Assembly (NCBI GenBank): GCA_904063045.1
Contig: CAJFCJ010000023.1
Span: forward strand, 558,001 to 622,000
Reading direction: 5' to 3'
Source of the DNA: Dimorphilus gyrociliatus
Lineage: Eukaryota; Animalia; Annelida
Length of the DNA stretch: 64,000 nucleotides
Shown: in pieces, positions 41,156 through 50,891 of the stretch
Layout of the letters: every line of letters begins with the position of its first letter
Numbering within the stretch: position 1 is the first letter of the stretch
Made by a program: the position numbers and the translations under genes
The notes under the pieces: generated by a model
Databases searched by the model: none
Seen by the model: the letters and a program-made list of their open reading frames with translations, nothing else
What the model was told of the DNA's origin: nothing

Positions 41156-41288
41156 CTAACTATTTTTGGGTGACATGATGAAGTACTTTGATAAATCTCT
41201 TCTTCATATTCGAAACAAGAAAAATAACATTAGCCAATATAAATAACGCGATCTAAATCAGCTATAATGTGAAACTGGACAATTTTTA

Positions 41289-41302
41289 CCGCTAGATGGC
41301 AA
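41289..41302 (+). promoter_or_regulatory. CTCF-like motif just downstream of the PDZRN stop
   Basis: CCGCTAGATGGCAA lies between the convergent PDZRN and DSE genes. Motif match only. Confidence 0.4.
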
Positions 41303-41848
41303 TAGTTCAGCTTTCAATATTTCAGCATAGCTCTCATAGTGAAAATGATAAGAAGAAGAAGAAGAAGAAGAAGAAGAATAGAGGTGGAAAAAATAAACGA
41401 GCCAGCACATACGACTAAAAATTCAAAATGATATTACTAGTTAAAAAATTAGAATATAACAAAAGGGATAAATTTTAGATTTGAACGCAAGCGTTAAATT
41501 AATCAATAAATAAACAAAATGGTTGAATACTTCTTGGTTGAAAAATATCCAGAATTTTCACAGAACTGTTATACTTGATAGGAAAACAAAAAATATATGC
41601 TGCAATCATGGTATTTCATCAAAGAAAAAGAAAAAAAAATGAAAAAAAACAACTGTCACGTCTAATAAATTACAAAGTAATAATACGGCGTTATTTGTAC
41701 AGCTCAAAAAATTGTATTTAATATTTAATATAAAGGAATATTATTAAACAACAAATCAATGCTTTAGATGTGAAATAAAACTATTTTATATTACGAAAAT
41801 ATCGTTTTTATTCCTTAATTGATAGAAACTTTACGAAAAACTTATTAA

Positions 41849-44473
41849 TTATCGAAAATATATATTGAAATTAATTAAACATGATGCTCCTTCGGACGAG
41901 AGGTAAACCGTTACGAGAATACAAACCAACAGTATCGCAATTTTATATATTGTACATCTTCTCTTTAATTTACAATGGAAAGAAGAATAAAATCCTATTA
42001 AAACAGTAACGAGAAGTATCATTTTCGTATATCTCAGTAAGATGGAACATTTGGAAGACTTTATCGCTGCATTTGTAACATTTCTCTTTTTCAACCTCCT
42101 CTCTCTCCTTCTTTTCTTCTGTTGCCTTGACGCCAATCTCTTCGATAACTTCCACGCAATAGTCGTTGTTCGAACGTTAGATCTCCTCGTTACTCTCTGA
42201 TGTTTATTATTAGCACTTATGCTATGTTTCGGTGCAACTTTTTTAACATTGTTGTCTTTAATTGGCTTTGAAAAAAGTACAGTTGCGTTACCATATTTCG
42301 TTATTGCGCAATAATACTTTGTTCTCTGATAGTGAACTGGAATTTGAATTACGTACTTTCCAACATTACTCTCTATCTGTATTTTTATCTCGTTGATTCC
42401 TACGCGTATCTCACTTTTACTTATTGTAATACTTGGTCCTAAAAATCCGTACAAAACGTAGTTCGATAAATTGTTAATGCTAAAAGTTATATTAACATTC
42501 GAGAATGGCTTTCCATTTTCGTACGGAGATTTCCCTGTTCTGAAGGTAGGCATTGGAGATTGGCCATCGGATGAATGCCAATAAAATACATATTTATCCT
42601 TATTTTTCATATGTGCAGCATTGTAACGTAACACTCTTGAATGATAGAATGAATATTCGTAGTTGTTGAAAAACGCTGAAAAATGTTTGACTACTTTCGA
42701 ATTGACTATTCCAAGGTAATCCACTAAAAGTATAAGTTGCGGGTGAAGTGTTATCATTGACCGATAATAGCGTTTAATACCCAAACTTTTAGGATATGCT
42801 CCTGCAGCTTCTCCACTAGTAAATACGAAATTCTTCAACATTCGGCTAACAACTATAGACGCTTGTGAGAAAACAACGTCCTTTTCATTAAAATTAAAGA
42901 AATGACCGCATTCTCCCAATTGGCCAATCCACGGAAATGTACAACTGCGAGGAGGAAATTTTTTACTGCCTTTCTCATACTTGAAGACAAGAGTATTTTC
43001 GAAATATGTCAACTTATTTTGATGAAATCCTCCATGCGATATAAAAGTCTTATTATTCATAACGATCGCAAGACTATTCTGATTTGGATGTTCGTAAAGT
43101 GGACGAAAATGAGACCAGCCGCTCCACCAGTTTATTCGTCCATTTGCCAAACCACTCACTAAATGACCGTGTGGAGGAGACGCCTTGAAGGAGATGTGTG
43201 TAGCGTGTCTGTTAAAAAAGCTATGGGATCTGTAAGTCGATACTCCCCAATCTTGAAAGATGTGATGATTTGGTATTTGAGTTGAAACTCTTTTGCTTGT
43301 AAGAACTGGATCGAACCATAACAATTCGGTAAAAATTGTACCCAAACGATCTCGAAGGTAGCGGGAATGTGACCTCTCGCTTCTTATGAGACCGGCCATA
43401 AAAGTTCCCTGACCGTTCTTCATTGCAAAAGTATCGATAAAAAGGAGTTGAGCTTCGGGACCGTATAACCAAGATAATTGGGAATCTCCAATGCAAATAG
43501 TTCTATCTCTACTTGGTAGAGTTGTATGATAAAATAGATTCAGTTGATTACGTAGCCATCTATTTGTAAAATGATGCTTGAATTGAAAATGGCGATTAAT
43601 CAAAAAGATATACTGAGTGAGACTTTTTGTAAAAAGGCTATTAGACGAAACGCTCTCGCCATTTGTTCCATCGCCAATGCCTTCCAACAATTTTATAGAA
43701 TATTCCATCTTCTTCATACAATCCAGTCTCCATTGTCGGACAGAAGGTTTATGTTTCTCTAGAAAGAGGCTTGTCACGAATACAGAAACAATATTCGCTG
43801 TTGAGTTACTTTGTATTAGATCGTTTCCCCAGGGTTTTTTATTCATATTCACGTTTATTTCTTTGAGTGTATTGAATATTCTATTTATGTACACTGTTCT
43901 TTCGTCGGTCGTTAGCGAATTCCATAGGAAATCAACAGCCAAAGTAAAGCCCAGCATATTATTGGCAATTGGAAAATCGTTTGATAACTGCTTCGTATAT
44001 CTCCAAGAGGGAATGTTGTTCATCAGACGAATAAATGTTTTAGTGAACGCTATGGCTTTACCGTTTGGTTTCAAGAGGCAGTAGAAAGCTAAATCTATTA
44101 GATTATTTCCATAATCTTCGTTCCATTCGGAACCGAATTTTCTAATGTTGGCCGGAGGTAAATAAACTTTGCTGTTGTTGATTATTCTTTGTGCAGCCTT
44201 CTCTAACTTGTGAAAAATGACCTTATGGGTTGACTTTATAGACTTTTGAAGATGTCTTACGTCCGTTACATTAAAGAACAAGAACGGATGGTTTAAATGT
44301 CTACTAGACCTATTGAAACCTTTCATATATGTCTTAATATTAGTATGAAAATTATCTAGTAGTCTTGCATAAGGTTCTATGTTTGATTGATAAGCGTTTA
44401 GTTGACATTTTCCTTCTCTTAAATGAACATTAATAATTATATAGAAGCATAGAAAAGAGATGAAAGAATTCAT
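41849..44473 (-). CDS. DSE: Dermatan sulfate epimerase homologue, 874 aa, single coding exon, catalytic residues degenerate
   Basis: Uninterrupted ORF with true ATG at 44473 (the track starts at an upstream TTG). Signal peptide; DSE motifs HPFLFF, WNEDYGNNL, YGPEAQLLFID, TELLWFD, FQDWGVSTY, EHPNQNS, PWIGQ, GEAAGAY, LHPQLILLVD; two C-terminal hydrophobic segments as in DSE, with no sulfotransferase domain as in DSEL. Probable 5'UTR intron at about 44476-44545. Confidence 0.92.
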   Translation of the reverse strand: MNSFISFLCFYIIINVHLREGKCQLNAYQSNIEPYARLLDNFHTNIKTYMKGFNRSSRHLNHPFLFFNVTDVRHLQKSIKSTHKVIFHKLEKAAQRIINNSKVYLPPANIRKFGSEWNEDYGNNLIDLAFYCLLKPNGKAIAFTKTFIRLMNNIPSWRYTKQLSNDFPIANNMLGFTLAVDFLWNSLTTDERTVYINRIFNTLKEINVNMNKKPWGNDLIQSNSTANIVSVFVTSLFLEKHKPSVRQWRLDCMKKMEYSIKLLEGIGDGTNGESVSSNSLFTKSLTQYIFLINRHFQFKHHFTNRWLRNQLNLFYHTTLPSRDRTICIGDSQLSWLYGPEAQLLFIDTFAMKNGQGTFMAGLIRSERSHSRYLRDRLGTIFTELLWFDPVLTSKRVSTQIPNHHIFQDWGVSTYRSHSFFNRHATHISFKASPPHGHLVSGLANGRINWWSGWSHFRPLYEHPNQNSLAIVMNNKTFISHGGFHQNKLTYFENTLVFKYEKGSKKFPPRSCTFPWIGQLGECGHFFNFNEKDVVFSQASIVVSRMLKNFVFTSGEAAGAYPKSLGIKRYYRSMITLHPQLILLVDYLGIVNSKVVKHFSAFFNNYEYSFYHSRVLRYNAAHMKNKDKYVFYWHSSDGQSPMPTFRTGKSPYENGKPFSNVNITFSINNLSNYVLYGFLGPSITISKSEIRVGINEIKIQIESNVGKYVIQIPVHYQRTKYYCAITKYGNATVLFSKPIKDNNVKKVAPKHSISANNKHQRVTRRSNVRTTTIAWKLSKRLASRQQKKRRRERRLKKRNVTNAAIKSSKCSILLRYTKMILLVTVLIGFYSSFHCKLKRRCTIYKIAILLVCILVTVYLSSEGASCLINFNIYFR

Positions 44474-46208
44474 TTCTGTCAAAATAAAGAAACAAAAAGA
44501 TATTAATCTTAGAGTAAAGTAAAACTAACAGTAAATCATTTTACCTTGCACTGCTATGTGGCATAAAAGTAGTTTTTAAGGTTAAATAAAAGAATATTCA
44601 AGAATACAAAGAAAAGGGCCTATACTCAAAGAATCAATACGTCTTGATTGTTGAGAGGGAGACAGGGTTTTCATATTTTAGTTCGTCAGCTAATACTCTC
44701 AATCAATGGGGCATGTAGAGAGAGGAAAAGGCAACAAACTCAGAAGATTTTTAGGCCTAATCACTATCTTTTGTTTGAACATTTAAGGTTATAGACTCAT
44801 TCAGAGAATAATATTCTCTAGAATTTACATTAAATAGCGTTTCATGTTCAGAAATCTAGGAAATAGACTTTAAACAACTCCAAACACTTCAAATAATTGT
44901 ATTAAAACAATTATAAATGAATATAAAGTCTTTATAAAACTTTATACGAATTCAATTATTATAAAAGTAGTCAACATTAATGAAAAAAAAACTGTTTAAA
45001 ACATAAAATTCTTTATTTCCTTTATTTCTTTTACCATAAAATTAAATGGCTTGTAAAAAAAAATTCATATTTTTATATAATAAAGAATTATTCGAGAGAC
45101 TTTTGTTTTGTTTTTGATATTTTACAGTACATTGTTTATAATTTTTAATGATTAAGTTGAATTTCTGTTTGAGACCTTTGTTCAAAGGCAATTAATTCAC
45201 TTTTTGGAATCTTTTATACCTTCGAACAACAAAGATTCTTCTGCCAGAATAGTTGAAAGACCAAAAAATAAAAACGGAAAATGTTTTAGACTACGCAATT
45301 AAGAGATCAATAGTTTATTGGAAAAGAAAAACGGCGATCAAAAGACACCTCAATCTGCCACCAATTGATAAATAGATACTTGAAAGAGAGAGAAAGAGAG
45401 AACATATAACTATTTAATGAAAAAGTTGTATATGAACAACATATTAAAATTTAGTCTAAAATAAAATATTTCAATTTAATGTTTAAATTTTCAAAGAAAG
45501 GAAGAACTGTAATAAAAGTTAAATAAAGTATATTTCACAGAAAATTCTCGCATACAAAAAGAGCATAAAAAGAGAATTCTGAAGTGAATCGGTGAAGTGG
45601 GATTATTGGAGCACATTTATATATATATATATATATATATATGCATATTTATAACTGTTTTTTTTTATGTCCAAGTCGCAACCATTCCAATCAATATCTA
45701 CACATATGCTTTAACAATCGTCTACTGCACAGCCAAATCATAAGCCTTTATTATTTCAAAGTTTCGGTTGCAATTTTTTTTTTAATTTTTTTTTTTGGAA
45801 AAGTATACTTAATTACTGTTCAATTCTCTTTTATTGAATAAAACACTTTATATAGAACTTAAAAGGGTAAGTGATTTTATTATTTTATAATTTTACTTTA
45901 CTAACCCTAACCCTTCTACAATTACCTTTCCTTTTTTGATGCTTACAATCGCCGACAATTTTGACAAAACTAAAGAAATTCATATTAAAAGTCCAAAAAA
46001 TGTACTTTGCAATTTGAGTATGTGCTTACTGCTGTTTGTTACAGTTACTTCTTTTTTTTCGCCGCCATACTGTATGATATATACAGTGTGTAGAGTAATG
46101 TCAAGTCGTCATTTAATCAATAACAATTACTGTAAATTATTAGTTGTTTTGTTACTGAAACTATCATTTTTATTATTAAAAATAACAGAGGGAGATAAAG
46201 GACAATAA

Positions 46209-48381
46209 ATGTTTCGACCTATCAAATCGAAATTTGTTTACTGCTTGTCAGTTGTTGTTTGCCTGACATTGTTACTAGTTATTCTCAAAATTCGCAAATA
46301 TGACGTTACTGTAAATAATTTAATGATTAAATTTGAAGATAAATTACCTAATAGACTTACTAGGCAAATTATCCCACAAGATAAGAGCAACGAAACTGCT
46401 CTGCAGAGTAAGTAAAACTATTCTCACTCTTTTCTGCTGTAACAAATTCACTTTGAAAATAGAAAGTTCCTGGGATACGATAAATGAAGAAATCGCCAAA
46501 AAATATTATAATGACGTTTATTTGAAATTCTGCAATAAAATCGTGGACTCTTACGATATTTCCAGTAACGTTTGCGATTGCGATCCGGAAGAGAAAGGTA
46601 CGTCATCAATTTTTCTATAATACATAATTTATTCTTCCTTTTAGTACATTGTTTTTTACACTTTCTCCTTCTAATTGTGCGCAGAACATAGATGCAAAAT
46701 TGATTATAATGCAAAAAATGAGGATTGGTCCATTATTAATAAAAGACACGCAATTATTTCACATGGAGGAGAATTCAAGCCCACAAACTGTAATTCCATT
46801 CAGAAAGTTGCTATAGTGATCCCTTATAGAAATAGATTGGAACATTTAAAAATTCTCATCAATCATTTCCATAGAATATTATCGAAGCAAAATATTCATT
46901 ATAAAATTTTCATCGTTGAACAGGCTCATCCTTTTCTCTTCAATAGAGGTGCAATGATGGATGTAGGTTATTCTGAAGCGAAAGCCAACTTTGCCCCCGA
47001 TTGTATTATATTCCACGACGTTGATATGATACCAGAAGATGGAAGGCATATGTATAATTGCCTCCAATCACCAAGACATATGGGTGCTTACCTTAACAAA
47101 TACAAATATATTCAAATCTGTAATTAAGCAACATTAATCAAATTATCCAAACATATCACATCATTATAAAGTTTCTTTATAATTATTACATTAAGTAGAA
47201 ATCAATTAACTCGAACATTGCGTCTATTAAAGTTGATAACAATTGTTAATGTTGCTTATGATTGTGTAACAAAGACCAAACCCTTGGAGGAATTCTAGCT
47301 ATGAAAACTACCGACTTTGAAAGGGTCAATGGATTTCATACACTTATGTATGGTTGGGGTGATGAAGATGTAGATATGATGATTAGGTAATTAAATAATT
47401 ATACCAGTTATACTCTGCGTTTAATTATTATATATCAATTATTTGATTAAACTCTCACTCTCGCTCTATACTTTCTTTTTCAGATGCAAAAAAGCCAAAT
47501 ATACAGTTGTCAAGTGGCCAGTGCCTCTTTCTAGGTACATAATGATCAAACATGAAAGAGACGTAGGCAATCCACTTAATAACTTCAGGTTTATACTTGA
47601 ATTAATAATCTACCAGTTGTTTATACGATTAAATTCATCTTTTAGAAAGTCGTTCCTATCGCATTATTCTGGACGGCATAAGCTATCAAGTCAAGTGTAT
47701 GGTATATCATCGTTAAAGTACAATGTTAATTGGGTTAAACAGAATCCATTGTTTACACACATATCAATAAATTTAAGTATGTTGTAATTTAATTATTCTC
47801 TTAAAACATTCTTTATCTCTTGTTTTCCTTTCTCTATAGCTATATACATAAACTCTTTCTACAATAAAAAGAAAGCCTCTTGCAATATAAAGGAGGCGGG
47901 AGGCTCCTATAAAAACAATCTTTCAGACGAAGATTGTGCAATCACCTGTTTCAACGAAGCACTCTGCTATGGATTTCTTAGATTGGGTAACGTTTGTTAT
48001 ACATTTTCAAAGTTTTGTCCTCCTGAAAGCGACCAACCAACGGTTTTCTATTACGAAAGAAAGAAATCAGGTATAAGCATTTAATACTTTTCCTATAGTG
48101 ACCAAAATAGATTAAATAGTTTGTCTTTTATTCTTTTCTTTCTAGATTTTCAATCTTTAAACAAGTTCCGTAGAATTAAAGGAAGTTGTGTCCATAAGAA
48201 TTTTGGACAAGCTAGTCAATACACAATCTTTGTGTGTTCGGATTTATGCTTACACGATAAGCAATGCCAATCATTTACATACGAAGCGAAATCTGCTTAT
48301 CCTTGCCAAAGAAAGAAAGTTAAATGTTTGAAAAGCTCTATGAAAATGGTTACAGGAGCCATTACATTTGTTAAGAAATAG
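46209..48381 (+). CDS. GT7 beta-1,4-galactosyl/GalNAc-transferase-like protein, paralogue 1, with two C-terminal PAN/Apple domains (first PAN exon frameshifted)
   Basis: Type II TM N-terminus; VAIVIPYRNR, FNRG, FHDVD, SPRHM, GWGDED and MIKH motifs. Exons 46209-46407, 46463-46597, 46685-47119, 47275-47386, 47484-47588, 47646-47776, 47840-48070, 48146-48381. As assembled, a +1 shift gives a stop at 47911-47913. Confidence 0.88.
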
Positions 48382-48659
48382 ATAAAAGTTTAGATATATT
48401 GATAATTGAAACATATTTAATTACATTGAAGTATATTTAAAATTGTATAAAGCTTATCCATGAAATGTTATAACTTTGTTATAAGACTTTTCAATATGTC
48501 TTGCTTTACAAATACAATTCAGTAAATATGCATACTCGGTAGACAGTATAATTCATTCTTTATTCGATAGTTGAACCTTCACTGTTTGGGCCATAGTTAC
48601 CCATTTGACTGCAATAAATGTTTCATCTAGAGCATATGGAGGAGAGTAGGTGAATTGCC

Positions 48660-50751
48660 ATGCCTTTGATAAAGAAAACAGGATTATTACCTTGCTTTTC
48701 ACTGCTCTGTGTTACCCTTTTATTAATTAATTTATTTTATTATTATAAACATCAAAGATCACGTGATAGATTAACGCGAAAGGAAATGTTTAAAATTACT
48801 GGACAACCTAAAATATATCAATATCAAACTAATACATTGAAACATACGAACAAGAAAGGTACTTTATTGTCTAAATAATCTGTTTTTAATAATAACCTTT
48901 CCTGATACTCTCTATTTCTTTACAATATTAGTAATAGAGAAAAGATTTTGGTCAAAGGACGACGCAGAAGTTGCAATGGCATATTATAAAAATACATATT
49001 TAAAAACTTGTAATATATTCATGAAGAGATTGGCCAATAAAAGTAGTATATGTGATTGTGATCCAAAACTTAAAGGTATCTTTTCCATTTTTTTCATTTC
49101 TTTTAAATAATACTTTTAATCAATTAACATAATCATCTGCTGTATTATCGTTACTTTGTATTTAGGCCATAAAGCCATTGTTGATTATAATGTTAGAAAT
49201 TATGATTGGGTAAATATTGACAAGAAACATCTCAATATCCATCTTGGAGGAGAGTTTAAACCGAGCCATTGTAATGCAATTCAAAAAATTGCCATAGTCA
49301 TCCCTTATAGAGATAGAATGGAACATTTAAAGATACTTGTTAATCATTTACATAAAGTGTTACCGAAGCAAAATATTCACTATAAAATTTTTGTTATTGA
49401 ACAATCGGCTCCACTTCTGCTCAATAAGGGAGCAATCATGAATATTGGATATTTAGTCGCTCAACAATACTTCGTTCCTGATTGCATCATTTTCCACGAC
49501 GTTGATATGTTATTAGAAGATAAAAGGCATATGTACAATTGTATTCAATCACCTAGGCATATGGGTGCTCATGTCGACAAATTCAACTACACCCAATTAT
49601 GTAATTAAGTAGAATGTTTTGTTTAAAAGTCCATCGTACAATTGTTCTTTCTCAACATACTTTTTCTTCTAAAGATAAGAACGTTGGAGGAGTATTTGCA
49701 ATAAAACCGCATCAATTCAGAAAAGTCAATGGTTATCATATACTATTCTACGGTTGGGGTGATGAAGATATGGACATGCTACAGAGGTAAACTTTTCCAT
49801 TCTTGAAATATAACAATTTTTCAATTTTCTCCTTCTTCGTTACTAAAGACTCCTCATATCTCGATTGATACCAGTAAAGTGGCCTGTTCCCCTATCTAGA
49901 TATTCAATGATAAAACATTCGGCAGACGTTTTCTATCCAAAAAATCAATTTAGGTAAACAATTTTACAAGTGTTTGTTTGTTGTCTTTTTGATTTTAACA
50001 AACTTGATTATCTAGAAAATCATTTCTCATGCACGAATCAAATTATCATAAATTATCGTATCGAGATTACGGTCTCTCTAAACTCAAGTATGGCGTGAAC
50101 TGGATTAAAAAATGTAAACTTTTTACCCATCTCCTCGTCAATTTAAGTATATAAATTAATAACATTGAATAATTAATTTTGTTTGAATGAGTATCATTTT
50201 CCCAGCCATTTATCAGAATGTATTCTTCAATAAAAAGAAAGGATATTGTGATAACAGTCGAAAAAGGATAATATTTCACAAAGTGAAAACGCTTGAAGAT
50301 TGCTCGATCAAGTGTATCAATATTATATCATGCAATAGTATTGTCATGGGACCGAACAATACATGTTATTCATATACCAATTCATGTAATTCTTCTGGTA
50401 AAGTTCAAACAACATTTCTAGAAAGAAAGCCAGAGTGTAAATAATTTGATTTTTAACTTTAATCGTGAGAATAAAAATAATTCTACTGTCCTCTTTTCAG
50501 TCTTTAAAGCCCTAAATTCGTTCTACAAAGTGAAGGGAAGTTGCTTAAGACGTAGACAGGATAAAATTGGACAGTATTCGTTAATTGTTTGCGTCGATTT
50601 GTGTTTAGAAGATGAAAAGTGCAAAGGCTTTGTGTTTAACGCGCAAAACATAGGTCCCTGTCTAAGATTAATGAATAGAATATGCGATAAAGACAAACTA
50701 CAAGGAATTGATGATACTGTTATGTATATTAAAAAGAATCCTTTTTATTAA
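48660..50751 (+). CDS. GT7 beta-1,4-galactosyl/GalNAc-transferase-like protein, paralogue 2, with two C-terminal PAN/Apple domains
   Basis: Type II TM N-terminus; IAIVIPYRDR, LNKG, FHDVD, SPRHM, GWGDED and MIKH motifs. Exons 48660-48858, 48932-49075, 49166-49600, 49675-49786, 49849-49953, 50016-50146, 50206-50436, 50501-50751. Exon and phase structure is the same as paralogue 1, indicating a tandem duplication. Confidence 0.9.
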
Positions 50752-50891
50752 AAATCTCAATTAAACAAGAAACAATGTTATTCTTATTTCTCTGTATTTT
50801 ATAAAATAGTTTGTTATTTTTCAGTATTCCTCCTCCTTTTCGATATAAAATAAGTATTGATATTATCATATTTGTCTTTATAAGCGTTTGT

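Noticed and set aside
42902-44084. Plus-strand ORFs (86, 63 and 155 aa) over the DSE gene, and similar antisense ORFs over ITPR and the RING exon
   Set aside because: They are shadow frames of real coding sequence with no recognisable motifs.
45901-45914. CTAACCCTAACCCT, telomere-like repeat
   Set aside because: Only about two units, which is expected by chance.
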